Assembly: GCA_034670305.1 (NCBI GenBank)
Contig: JAXMNT010000024.1
Span: forward strand, 32,001 to 96,000
Direction of reading: 5' to 3'
Length of the DNA: 64,000 nucleotides
Source: Deltaproteobacteria bacterium
GTDB taxonomy: Bacteria; Myxococcota_A; Polyangia; Polyangiales; Houyiibacteriaceae
Shown here: one piece after another, positions 40,745 to 50,150 of the stretch
Numbering within the stretch: the first letter of the stretch is position 1
Layout of the letters: each line of letters begins with the position of its first letter
Program-made: the position numbers and the translations under genes
The notes under the pieces: generated by a model
Databases searched by the model: none
What the model was told of the DNA's origin: nothing
Seen by the model: only the letters and a program-made list of their open reading frames with translations

Positions 40745-41227
40745 ATGACGAACCCTCAGATGGTGATGTACGAGGAGGAGTTCAACCAGATCAAGACGAT
40801 CGTCGATCGTCTGGTCCGGGAGGCGAACGCCCAAGTCGTGTTCATCATCGACAAGAACGGTCAGCTCATCGCAGCGGCGGGCGAGACCGAACAGATCGAC
40901 ACAACCTCACTCGCGTCTCTGACCGCAGGCAACATCGCCGCGACGGGGGGCATCGCCAAGTTGCTTCGCGAGAACGAGTTCACCACCCAGTTCCATGAAG
41001 GCGAACGGGCCAACATCCAGATCAAGCTGGTGGGCAACCGGGTCATTCTGGTGGTGATCTTCGACAACAAGACGAGCCTCGGTCTCGTGCGCCTTCGGGT
41101 GAAGAAAGCGAGCGAGGAGCTGGACACCATCTTTGCGGTGCTGGTGGCGAAGGTCCAAGACCCGAACCACGAGACGCCATTCGCCGAAATCACCGACGAC
41201 GACATCGACAACCTGTTCAACGACTGA
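40745..41227 (+). CDS. mglB: Gliding motility protein MglB (roadblock GAP)
   Basis: MVMYEEEF...DKNGQLIA...SLASLTAGNIAATGG...SLGLVRLRVKKA...PFAEITDDDIDNLF. Confidence 0.96.
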   Translation: MTNPQMVMYEEEFNQIKTIVDRLVREANAQVVFIIDKNGQLIAAAGETEQIDTTSLASLTAGNIAATGGIAKLLRENEFTTQFHEGERANIQIKLVGNRVILVVIFDNKTSLGLVRLRVKKASEELDTIFAVLVAKVQDPNHETPFAEITDDDIDNLFND

Positions 41228-41245
41228 ACGCGAAGAGGATCAACG

Positions 41246-41860
41246 ATGTCGTTCATCAACTACCTGTCGCGCGAGATCAACTGCAAGATCGTCTACTACG
41301 GGCCTGGGCTCTGTGGAAAAACGACGAACCTGCAGTACATCTACAATAAGACGAACCCCGAAGCGAAAGGCAAGATGATCAGCCTCGCGACGGAGACCGA
41401 GCGAACGCTCTTCTTCGACTTTCTCCCGCTCGCGCTGGGCGAAATCCGAGGGTTCAAGACGCGCTTTCACCTCTACACCGTGCCTGGCCAGGTCTTCTAC
41501 GACGCGAGTCGGAAGCTGATCCTCAAGGGTGTGGACGGTGTCGTGTTCGTCGCGGATTCCCAAATTGCTCGTATGGAAGCGAACATCGAATCCATCGAGA
41601 ACCTCCGCACCAACCTCGCGGAGCAGGGGTACAGCCTCGACAAGCTTCCCTACGTGATTCAGTACAACAAGCGCGATATGCCGGCGATCGCACCGGTGGA
41701 AGAACTGCGCCAGGTACTGAACCCGCACGGAATCCCCGACTTCGAAGGTGTCGCCGTCAACGGCGACGGTGTCTTCGAGACGCTCAAAGCCATCGCCAAA
41801 CTCGTGCTCACCGAGCTCAAACGCGGTGGGGCCGGGGCTGGCGGAACGCCGGGTCGGTGA
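41246..41860 (+). CDS. mglA: Gliding motility GTPase MglA
   Basis: [47 protein letters not shown]. Confidence 0.97.
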   Translation: MSFINYLSREINCKIVYYGPGLCGKTTNLQYIYNKTNPEAKGKMISLATETERTLFFDFLPLALGEIRGFKTRFHLYTVPGQVFYDASRKLILKGVDGVVFVADSQIARMEANIESIENLRTNLAEQGYSLDKLPYVIQYNKRDMPAIAPVEELRQVLNPHGIPDFEGVAVNGDGVFETLKAIAKLVLTELKRGGAGAGGTPGR

Positions 41861-42222
41861 TGACCTGCGGCACCATGGTGTCGCGGCTCTCGACCCTGGT
41901 GTCGCGGCTCGCGCTCGTCGCCGTCGTCCTTCTCTGCGGTTGCGGCGAGGGCCCACCCACGAGTGCATTCGAGCTCGCGGGGTTCGTTCGAGCGGCCGGC
42001 ACCGAGACGGCGGTCTCGGGGGCACGGGTGCGGTTCGTGTCCGACACCCTGTACGAAGTCGAGACGACGACGAATGGGGACGGGTTCTACGAGATGACCG
42101 TGGAGACCGATGCCCCCTTCGGCCAGGTCCGCGCCGAACACGCCGAGTACCAGCCGCGGGAGACCACGGTGTTCTTCGACTCCCCGTCGCGGCGCGTCGA
42201 CCTCATCGTCCGCCCTCTCTGA
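41857..42222 (+). CDS. Small lipoprotein with carboxypeptidase-regulatory-like (transthyretin-like) fold
   Basis: Lipobox [30 protein letters not shown]. Confidence 0.65.
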   Translation: MMTCGTMVSRLSTLVSRLALVAVVLLCGCGEGPPTSAFELAGFVRAAGTETAVSGARVRFVSDTLYEVETTTNGDGFYEMTVETDAPFGQVRAEHAEYQPRETTVFFDSPSRRVDLIVRPL

Positions 42223-42314
42223 GTTGACTTCGCGGCGGCTGGGCCGGAGTGAGGATCGCGTAGACCATTGCCGTGACCCTCGTGGGTCCCTACGGTGCAA
42301 GGGTGACATTCGCG

Positions 42315-43991
42315 ATGATCCGTGGGCTGTGGAACCTCCTCAAACTTCCGCTGCTCCCCTTGTGGTGGGTTGGACGCGCGGTGGGACGACCCCGCGGAGG
42401 TTGGCTGCACGTCAAGATCCGGCCGTCGGTCGTCGAGATGCAGGATCCCAAACGGTCGTTGCTCCGCCTCCTGCCAGGATTCGAGAAAAGCCTGCCAACG
42501 TCGCTGACGACACTGCGCAGGCTGGCTGACCACGCAGCCGAGGACGACGGCGTGCGCGGGGTGCTGTTCACACTTCCCCGGATCCAGACCAGTTGGGCGC
42601 TCGCCGAAGGGCTGCGCAACCTGATCGCCCGGCTGAGCGCCAGCGGGACGAAGGTCGCGGTCTACCTCCCGGATGGCGCGGGCCACCTCGAGCTCTTCGT
42701 GGCTTCGGCCGCGGGCCGCATCCTCATGCCGCCCCAGGCAACCCTCGTGACACTCGGCCTTGGCGCAGAGGTTCGCTACTACAAGGGCCTGCTCGACAAG
42801 GTCGGCGTGGGCATCGAACCGTTCGCGCGGGCGGAGTACAAGACCGCGGCCGAGTCGTTGTCCAAGGACGCGATGAGCGATCCGCAACGCGAACAGCTGG
42901 GGGCGCTGCTCGACACCCTGGACGGCGCGTTGCGCTCCGCGCTCGCCAAGCGCGGCCTCGATGCGGCGGCGGTCGACGAAGTCTTCGAAGCGGGCATGAT
43001 CCGCGGGGAAGCCGCGATCGCCCGCGGGCTGATCGACGCCGTCTGCTACGACGACGAGTTGCCGCTTCACGTCGATCCCGGCGGGAAGGTGAAGTTGATG
43101 GCGGGGGGGCGCTTCCTCGCGTTCAAAGACGCCCGCTTCTTCCGTCGCGTGCTCTCCCGGCCGTCGATCGGCGTGGTCGCGGTCCACGGCGGCATCGGAC
43201 CGGGTCGCCGAGCGGACCAGATCGTCGCGTCGCTCCGAATCGCCCGCAAGGATCCGCAGATCAAGGGCGTGATTCTCCACATCGACTCCCCCGGAGGCTC
43301 CGCGCTCACGAGCGACCTGATCCACCGTGAAGTGATCCGCCTCAAGGAGAAGAAGCCGGTCGTGGCGTGCTTCTCCGGGGTCGCTGCGAGCGGTGGCTAC
43401 TACATCGGGGTCGCCGCGGACGCCATCGTGGCCGAACCAACCACCATCACCGGCTCCATTGGCGTCGTTGCGGCGCGGCTCGTCGCCCGGCAGTTGCTCG
43501 ACAGCCTCGGAGTCAAGACCGAGGTCGTACGCAAAGCCCCCCACGCCGACATGTTCTCGCCGGCGCGCGAGATGGACGCGTCCGAGCGGGCGATCCTCGA
43601 CCGCGAACTGGACGAGTTCTACTCGGAGTTCGTGGACATCGTCGCAACCGGTCGCGGACGGGATGCGAAGGAGATCGAGCCGCTTGCCCGAGGCCGGGTC
43701 TGGTCCGGTACCGCGGCCAAAGAGCGTGGGCTCGTCGATGTGCTCGGCGGTATGGACGCCGCGATCGAACAGGTGCGCGAGCGCGTGGGTCGCGGCGGCG
43801 CCAAGCTGCCGGCCCGGCTTCTCATCCCCCGCCGGTCGGACGTTCCGCCCGCCGAACCCCGCGCCGCGGCGGCTGCGATGGTCAGCCAGACCCTCGAAGC
43901 GATCGCCCCCGGAGCCTCCATGGCGCTCGAGCTGGCGACGACCGGAGAACGTTTCCTCTACCTCGCCCCCGGCATCCCCACGATTCGCTGA
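42315..43991 (+). CDS. sppA: Signal peptide peptidase SppA (S49, long form)
   Basis: EYKTAAE, IDSPGGSA, AASGGYY, TITGSIGV, ARGRVWSG, GLVDVLGG. Confidence 0.9.
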   Translation: MIRGLWNLLKLPLLPLWWVGRAVGRPRGGWLHVKIRPSVVEMQDPKRSLLRLLPGFEKSLPTSLTTLRRLADHAAEDDGVRGVLFTLPRIQTSWALAEGLRNLIARLSASGTKVAVYLPDGAGHLELFVASAAGRILMPPQATLVTLGLGAEVRYYKGLLDKVGVGIEPFARAEYKTAAESLSKDAMSDPQREQLGALLDTLDGALRSALAKRGLDAAAVDEVFEAGMIRGEAAIARGLIDAVCYDDELPLHVDPGGKVKLMAGGRFLAFKDARFFRRVLSRPSIGVVAVHGGIGPGRRADQIVASLRIARKDPQIKGVILHIDSPGGSALTSDLIHREVIRLKEKKPVVACFSGVAASGGYYIGVAADAIVAEPTTITGSIGVVAARLVARQLLDSLGVKTEVVRKAPHADMFSPAREMDASERAILDRELDEFYSEFVDIVATGRGRDAKEIEPLARGRVWSGTAAKERGLVDVLGGMDAAIEQVRERVGRGGAKLPARLLIPRRSDVPPAEPRAAAAAMVSQTLEAIAPGASMALELATTGERFLYLAPGIPTIR

Positions 43992-44180
43992 TTCGGGCTT
44001 GAAATCATAGGGCTTTTGTCTCTCTGACCCCGCGCTCACTTGCACGTGCAGTGGAGCTGTCAAACGGGCCTTTGCCGCTCCTCACGGACCCGTCTTGATG
44101 GTCTGTGCGGCACCTGAGAGGGTTCCCCCGTCACCAAGGGGTCTGCCCCGGGGTGCCTTGGGGGATGAGGAAATCCGAAC

Positions 44181-44462
44181 GTGCTCTCACTACGCAAATT
44201 GACCGACTCTGCCACCGACTGGCGCCGTTTCCTGCATGCCGAGCCCATCGGCGAATCCGACGTCCAGCGCCTCAGCTGGACCGAGATCTCCCGCCGCCCC
44301 GAGTTCGAGGGCCGCTGGGTCGCACTGCACGACTGCCGCTTCGACGAGCGCACCGGTCGCGCCACCGAGGGCGACCTCGTGGACGCGGACGAGGACCTGT
44401 CCACGCTCTGCGCCCGGGTTCAGGACCGCTGGAAGAACTGCGCGATCCTCTTCGTGCACTGA
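44181..44462 (+). CDS. Small hypothetical protein
   Basis: GAGGA RBS; good codon bias; FEGRWVAL..GDLVDAD motif. Confidence 0.6.
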   Translation: MLSLRKLTDSATDWRRFLHAEPIGESDVQRLSWTEISRRPEFEGRWVALHDCRFDERTGRATEGDLVDADEDLSTLCARVQDRWKNCAILFVH

Positions 44463-44472
44463 TTTCCTGACG

Positions 44473-44756
44473 CTACGGGCCTGGCTCGCTTCGCTCGACT
44501 GGCGGCCCTGCGTTCTGGCGTCGCAAGGCCTGGCTCTGAGCACCTTCACGTGCTCGCCGCCTGTTCGTTGGGGTCACTGAAAAGGCATCTGGGGCACTTG
44601 GCGGCTGTGCGCGGTGAAGGCACTCCCGCCGCCTCTACGACTCACTTGGGGAGTGCACCAGTTGCTCGGCCTGCGGCCTGCGCAGGTGACGGGTGGAGTC
44701 GCCTGACTCGCTGGCGCTGTTCGTGCCTGGCTCGCTTCGCTCGACTGGCGGCCCTA
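44473..44756. repeat. Modular REP/BIME-like hairpin repeat, left copy (M1-M2'-M3-M1)
   Basis: GCCTGGCTCGCTTCGCTCGACTGGCGGCCCT at both ends; internal GTGCACCAGTTGCTCGGCCTGCGGCCTGCGCAGGTG shared with 49693-49750. Confidence 0.85.
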
Positions 44757-45311
44757 GCGGCTCGAGAGCAGGGTGTTCAAGCGGCCACGCCGCATTCGGT
44801 GGTGGAGCTCGACCGCGAACGTGAAGCCGGCGAAGGCCAGCATCATGATCCCGGTCGGCACCATGCCGATGCGCAGGTGGACGAGACCGAAGACCAGCAG
44901 CCAGACCGCGGCCATGCGCGACCAGGTCTCGGAGGGAATGCCCGAAAGGTCGAAACGCGGGGTCCGGTAGAGAGCGGCGACGAACTCGTCGATCCGTGGG
45001 TCCTGAATCGGGGCGACCGCGTCGCCCGTCCGGTGGAGGGGCACGCCGCAGCGGTGGCACTCGAGCCCATGGTCGAACCGGTCACCGCAACTGCGACAGC
45101 TGAGCGGGGCTTCCGCGACGGTGGCCCGCACTTCCGCAACGCCGGTACGGATCCGCTTCAAGGCCCGGACGAAGCTGGCGTGGGCCTGCTTGAACGTCTC
45201 TTCCGCAGCGGGATCACCAGGGTTGGCGTCTGGATGGAGTCGTCGGGCGAGGCGGCGCCAGCTGGCGCGGAGGGTGGGTTCGTCCTGAATGTGCGCGAAT
45301 CGGCTGGCCAT
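44754..45311 (-). CDS. J-domain protein with zinc ribbon and C-terminal TM helices
   Basis: WRRLARRLHPDANPGDPAAEETFK (HPD); CRSC..CHRC; two hydrophobic helices; GGAGA RBS. Confidence 0.8.
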   Translation of the reverse strand: MASRFAHIQDEPTLRASWRRLARRLHPDANPGDPAAEETFKQAHASFVRALKRIRTGVAEVRATVAEAPLSCRSCGDRFDHGLECHRCGVPLHRTGDAVAPIQDPRIDEFVAALYRTPRFDLSGIPSETWSRMAAVWLLVFGLVHLRIGMVPTGIMMLAFAGFTFAVELHHRMRRGRLNTLLSSR

Positions 45312-45330
45312 CGTCTCTCCCTGAAGCACG

Positions 45331-45369
45331 TCCGACATCGCCCACCCCGAAAGGTTCCCCGAAAGGTTC
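45331..45369 (-). promoter_or_regulatory. Possible ECF-sigma promoter with duplicated -35 element
   Basis: Minus strand GAACCTTTCGGG x2, giving GAACCT-N16-TCGGA, 20 bp before the J-domain ATG. Confidence 0.45.
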
Positions 45370-45463
45370 GTTGGAGGGATGGGGATTGTTCGACTTGGCT
45401 GAGCGTCGACGCGTTGGGGTGCCCAACACAGCGATTCTACGCTGCCGATCGCCCCGAACTCCC

Positions 45464-47461
45464 CTACATCGGTCCCATGGGGACTTCGATGCGGGGCGGC
45501 ACGAGGAAGTAGACCAGCCGTGAGTCGAGCGGAGAGCCGTCCCCGAACACCGTGAGGCGGGCCCGGTAGACGAGAGGCGAGGTGGCCGGCTCCTGGAAGT
45601 CGTTCATCACCGGCACGACGTCCCAGCACACGTCCGTGCCCGGTGTCAGGGCGGGGAACGCGTCGTCGTGCCCGTCCGCGTCGGTGTCCTCGGTCGCGAG
45701 GCCTGCGGTGCAGCGCCCGACGCCGCTCGTGTTGGTCTCCAGGTAGTCGATGAAGCGCAGGGCGTCCCCATCGTCCTCCGGCTCGTCCGTCGGTTCGATG
45801 GTGACCCGGATCGGTACGCCATTGACGATCTCGTTGATGGCGCCCGTCACCGCGGCGCGCACCGCGGCACCGTCTCCGTCGAAGACCAGCGGGCTGCCAT
45901 CGGAGGCAAGGGAGTCGCTCTCGGTGGCGATCGAACGGAGGTTGGCGCGTGGCTCGTGGCCGGAGTCCGCGTCGACCCCGACGAAGGTGATCGACTGAGC
46001 GAGCAGCCGGGAACCAGCCGCCGCCGCGCTGTCGACCGCGCCGCAGCTGCACTCGTCCTGTTCGTCGGTGATGGTGACCAGGATGCGGACCGCTTCTTCG
46101 CGGTACCGAGGACAACCGATGGTCCCGGAACCACCGCATCGGGCCCCGCTGCATGCGGTCGGATCCGCCACGCATGCGACCGACTGGTACAGGCTCTCGT
46201 TGGCGCCGCCGCCGCTGGCCGAACCGGGGATCGCGCTCTGGGTGCTCGCCGGGTTCGGCTGGATGCCGAGCAGGTTGCGGTAGCTGTTGCCGTTCCCCTC
46301 GTAGGTTCCGACCCCTGTGTACACGGAGGCCACGCAGGAGCTCATGCCTGGGTCGGCGATGCAGGTGCCTTCGAAGCTGCACACCTGGCCGGCCGCGCAC
46401 ATGTCGTCTCCCATGCAGGGCGTGCCGAAGTCCTCGCACGTCAGATCGGAGATGATGTCTCGAACCGCGCTGCGCATCGCGCTGATCTCACCGTCCATCG
46501 ATCCGGTGGTGTCGAACAAGAAGTACACGTCCGCGATCTGGATGTTGGTCCGGAACTCGAGCGTGTCGCGGTCCGGGGTCGGGGCCTCCTCGAACGGCAC
46601 GACGAACACGAAGTCGCCGCGCGTGCGCGGGTTGTCGTCGGCGGCGAGCGGGTCGGTGCCGGCCGCGATCTCGATCAGATCGCTGACGCCGTCGCCATCG
46701 CTGTCCCCGTCCACCCTGGACGTGCCGGCGATGCGCTCGTCCAGGTCGCTCACCCCATCGTTGTCGGAGTCCGGGTCCCGGAAGTCGGGGATGCCGTCCA
46801 TGTCCGTGTCGACCGGAGGCGTGCTCAACTCGCGGTCGCCGGCTTCGTCGGCGTCGGACACACCATCTGCGTCGCTGTCCAGGTCCGCCACGTCCAGGAT
46901 GCCGTCCGCGTCGGTGTCCAGGTCGCGCTCGTCGCCATCCATGATCGTGTCGTCGTCCGAGTCGGGATCCTTGAAGTCGGGGATGCCGTCTCCGTCTGTG
47001 TCCACCCCAGGCCCACCGAGCGCGAGTTCCGCCGCGTCGTTCACGCGGTCGTTGTCGTCGTCGAGGTCCGCGAAATCGGGGCGGCCGTCGCCGTCCGAGT
47101 CCGCGACCGACTCTTCGAAGTCGAGGATCCCGTTGTCGTCGGAGTCTTCGTCCCGGAAGTCCGGGGTGCCGTCCGCGTCCGCATCCCGCGGAGGGGTGCG
47201 TGGGTCGTCGTCGCCCGCTTCGACCGAGTCGGAGATCCCATCCCCGTCGGAATCGAGATCTTGGTAGTCGGGGGTTCCGTCTCCATCGGTGTCCGTCCCG
47301 TCCCGCCGACCTTCGTCCTCGTCCGAGATCCCGTCGCCGTCCTCGTCCTCATCGCTTCCAGGGGCATCGACCATGCCTCCGCCATCCCGTCCCGGGGTGC
47401 CGGGTGGGGCAGGCGAGCATGCAAACGCGAGCACGAACACGAAGAGAAAGCCGTTCCGCAT
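45464..47461 (-). CDS. Lipoprotein with thrombospondin type-3 Ca-binding repeats and VWA domain (CglD-like architecture)
   Basis: Lipobox LAFAC; many DxDxDGxxDxxD repeats; MIDAS-like DVYFLFDTTGSM; ILVTITDE. Confidence 0.85.
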   Translation of the reverse strand: MRNGFLFVFVLAFACSPAPPGTPGRDGGGMVDAPGSDEDEDGDGISDEDEGRRDGTDTDGDGTPDYQDLDSDGDGISDSVEAGDDDPRTPPRDADADGTPDFRDEDSDDNGILDFEESVADSDGDGRPDFADLDDDNDRVNDAAELALGGPGVDTDGDGIPDFKDPDSDDDTIMDGDERDLDTDADGILDVADLDSDADGVSDADEAGDRELSTPPVDTDMDGIPDFRDPDSDNDGVSDLDERIAGTSRVDGDSDGDGVSDLIEIAAGTDPLAADDNPRTRGDFVFVVPFEEAPTPDRDTLEFRTNIQIADVYFLFDTTGSMDGEISAMRSAVRDIISDLTCEDFGTPCMGDDMCAAGQVCSFEGTCIADPGMSSCVASVYTGVGTYEGNGNSYRNLLGIQPNPASTQSAIPGSASGGGANESLYQSVACVADPTACSGARCGGSGTIGCPRYREEAVRILVTITDEQDECSCGAVDSAAAAGSRLLAQSITFVGVDADSGHEPRANLRSIATESDSLASDGSPLVFDGDGAAVRAAVTGAINEIVNGVPIRVTIEPTDEPEDDGDALRFIDYLETNTSGVGRCTAGLATEDTDADGHDDAFPALTPGTDVCWDVVPVMNDFQEPATSPLVYRARLTVFGDGSPLDSRLVYFLVPPRIEVPMGPM

Positions 47462-47557
47462 GACGGCAAGGGTACTGGTTTCAAAGGCCGCCGGCCGTTG
47501 TCGGCACGAATTGATAGACATGCCGACCTGTTCGCACATTTCAGCCGTCGGTTGCGG

Positions 47558-48304
47558 TCAGACCCGGAACGCTGCGAGCGCGAAGAAAGGGTCCCCGATC
47601 AGGCGTTTCTTGCCCCGCAACAGCTCGTTGTGTTGCCCCACCACGTCCCGGCAGGCTCGAACCACCTGCTCGGCGGGGGTCTCGTGCTTGAGGAACTCGG
47701 CCAGCTGGGCATCCGACGCGCGGGCCATGCCCATCACGCCCTGGTGCTGCAGCATCACGAGATCCCCCGTGGAGACGGTGACCTCCATCAGGTTGGGCAC
47801 CCAGGGTCCCTCCCGCTGCCCATAGCTCGAGACCACGTACGGAAGCGGGTTGCCTGGGGTCTGAAGGCAGGTCCGATGCAGTCCGCGGTAGCCAAGAACC
47901 AGTGTGTCGATGGACCCGAGCCAGCCCACACGGAGTCGGTTGCCTTCCAGAACGGCGACGGCCAACGAGGCCGACGGCCCGCCCACCATGTCGTCTTCGG
48001 GGTGGGGCTTGGCGCCTTCCAGGAACGCGGCGCGGACCAGGCCGAACAGCCCGACCATGCCTGGGAGCGCGGCGGTCCGGTAGTCCTCGCCGCGGACCCA
48101 GCGGTGCACGGCGTCGAGCATCGGTGCGGAGATGGTCGCCGCCCCGGAATCCCAGCCGCACGTGCTCGCGGAGCTGGCAGCGACGACGAGGCGCTGGCCA
48201 TCCGAGAAGACCCGGACGAAGTCGGTCGCGGAGGTGTCGTTGACGGCAAACCACACGCCATCCTGGTGATGCAGGGGCGCGTCGGCGGTGTCTAGATGGG
48301 ACAT
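47558..48304 (-). CDS. Degenerate PP2C-fold protein (putative pseudophosphatase)
   Basis: SASLAVAVLEGNRLRVGWLGS resembles the PP2C GTT..AxVGDS motif; GDLVMLQHQGV resembles GDxLLLCSDGL; metal-binding Asp residues are absent. Confidence 0.55.
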   Translation of the reverse strand: MSHLDTADAPLHHQDGVWFAVNDTSATDFVRVFSDGQRLVVAASSASTCGWDSGAATISAPMLDAVHRWVRGEDYRTAALPGMVGLFGLVRAAFLEGAKPHPEDDMVGGPSASLAVAVLEGNRLRVGWLGSIDTLVLGYRGLHRTCLQTPGNPLPYVVSSYGQREGPWVPNLMEVTVSTGDLVMLQHQGVMGMARASDAQLAEFLKHETPAEQVVRACRDVVGQHNELLRGKKRLIGDPFFALAAFRV

Positions 48305-48311
48305 CCCGAAC

Positions 48312-49478
48312 TCAATCGAGCGCCGTGCGCAGCAAGAGCAGCACCGCGAACGCCTCGAGCGCGTCCCGGATGTCGATCGGACTCCCGTCCCGAGCCCGCC
48401 GCACGATCTTTCGGAACGCCAGCCAGCGCACACCCGGCACGCCGAGCCAAGGAACCAGCAGCGCGCCCTGGTCGACCGGGCTGCCCGCGTCGCGCGCCAC
48501 CGCCCGGAGCACGTCGCCCACGAGTCCGTCGACCCGGACGATCGCATCCGACAACCTCGCGGCGGCCAGGTCGGCTTCGATCTGGCGTATCGCTTCTCCC
48601 TGCGCATCGGGAAAGAGCGGCGCCCAACTCGGGCCGGGAGGCGACGCACGAAACGGAATCGAAGAACGGCTCAAAGCCTGGCCGCCACCACCAGGACGTG
48701 GCGCGGACTTCAAGGGTTCCACGGCGGAGGGGAACGTGGAGTTGCCGACGGGCAAGGTCCCCTGGGCGATGGCCCGCTCAATGCTCGTTTTCCAGACGGC
48801 TTCCGTGGCCGCACCGATCTGTTCCTCGAGCGCCTTTTCTGCGCGTGAGAACTCGGGGGACTCCGGTGCCGACTTCTGGGGTCCGCCGAGCACACCCCGG
48901 GCCTCGAGGTCGTCGAGCGATGCCTGCACGAGCACATCGAGCGCCGTCATCACCCCGTCGCCGTCCGTCGCGATGGTCCCAAAGCTCGGTCGGCCATCCG
49001 GGTTGAGAGAGCGGTTCAGTTCGTCCAGCCCCATCACGCCGGGCAGGTCGCGTTTGTTGAACTGGAAGACGATTGGCGTGTCTTCGAGGCTCCGCCCCTG
49101 CTCCGAGAGGTTCTGGACGAGGTTCTCCATGCTCTCGAGGTTGGCGTCGAACCGTTCGCGCTGCGAGTCCGCGACGAACACCAGTCCGTCCACGCCGGTG
49201 AGCACCAGCTTGCGGGTCGCATTGAAGTAGACCTGGCCCGGGACCGTGAAGAGCTGTAGCCGGACGTGATGCTCCCGGACCTCGTGGGCCCGCAACGGCA
49301 GAAAGTCGAAGTACAAGGTGCGGTCCACCGGGGTCGCGAGGCTCACCAGCTGTCCACGAGACTCCGGTGGGGAGGCGGCATGAATGTGCTGTAGAGAGGT
49401 CGTCTTTCCGCCGAGACCAGGTCCGTAGTAGACCAGCTTGACCAGCAACTCCCGAGTGAGTGGATTGACTTGGGCCAC
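48312..49478 (-). CDS. MglA-family small GTPase with long C-terminal extension
   Basis: KLVYYGPGLGGKTT, DRTLYFDFLP, TVPGQ, FNKRD, followed by about 190 extra residues. Confidence 0.9.
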   Translation of the reverse strand: MAQVNPLTRELLVKLVYYGPGLGGKTTSLQHIHAASPPESRGQLVSLATPVDRTLYFDFLPLRAHEVREHHVRLQLFTVPGQVYFNATRKLVLTGVDGLVFVADSQRERFDANLESMENLVQNLSEQGRSLEDTPIVFQFNKRDLPGVMGLDELNRSLNPDGRPSFGTIATDGDGVMTALDVLVQASLDDLEARGVLGGPQKSAPESPEFSRAEKALEEQIGAATEAVWKTSIERAIAQGTLPVGNSTFPSAVEPLKSAPRPGGGGQALSRSSIPFRASPPGPSWAPLFPDAQGEAIRQIEADLAAARLSDAIVRVDGLVGDVLRAVARDAGSPVDQGALLVPWLGVPGVRWLAFRKIVRRARDGSPIDIRDALEAFAVLLLLRTALD

Positions 49479-49534
49479 GAGGTCGCGAGCGTGCACCGCG
49501 AGCGCTCAGACATCAACGGGCTTCCTTATTGCCA

Positions 49535-50031
49535 CTACGGGCCTGGCCCGCTTCGCGGGACTGGCGGCCCTAATTCGCGCCCGTCGCTGCGTGCACGTGC
49601 TCGCCGCCCATGCACTTGGAGGTGTTGAAGAAGCACTTGGAGCATCTGGCGGCTGCGCGCGTCCACGCGCTCCTATCGGCGCTCTCGGGGCCCACTTGGA
49701 GAGTGCACCAGTTGCTCGGCCTGCGGCCTGCGCAGGTGCACGGGTGGAGTTTGATTTCTTGGTACGACGGGCCTGGCCCGCTTCGCGGGACTGGCGGCCC
49801 TAATTCGCGCCCTTGTTTTTCGGCGGGGGAAGGGTTCCCCCTCCGCCCGTTGGGCTCCTCCCCACCTGGGCTGCGTGCACGTGCTCGCCGCCCATGCACT
49901 TGGAGGTGTTGAAGAAGCACTTGGAGCATCTGGCGGCTGCGCGCGTCCACGCGCTCCTATGCCTGGGGGCACGGCCCCCAAACCCCGTCCCGGTGACACG
50001 GCTGGCTCGCTTCGCTCGGCTGCACCGTGTC
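49535..50031. repeat. Modular REP/BIME-like hairpin repeat, right copy (M1-M2-M3-M1-x-M2-x-M1')
   Basis: Exact 46-bp duplication 49537-49582/49767-49812 and exact 91-bp duplication 49586-49676/49870-49960; homologous to 44473-44756. Confidence 0.9.
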
Positions 50032-50150
50032 GGTTCGGCGCTTGCTGGGGGCGAATGGGTGGGTTCTGACGCAACCCTCCACCCGGCTGGAGGTTTGCGC
50101 TATCGTCCGCCCGGCCCCGCGTGGGGTGGAACAGGACGAGGACAGGTCAG

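Noticed and set aside
49535-50031. Possible CRISPR array
   Set aside because: Repeats are 46 and 91 bp in irregular order, without uniform unique spacers; no cas genes.
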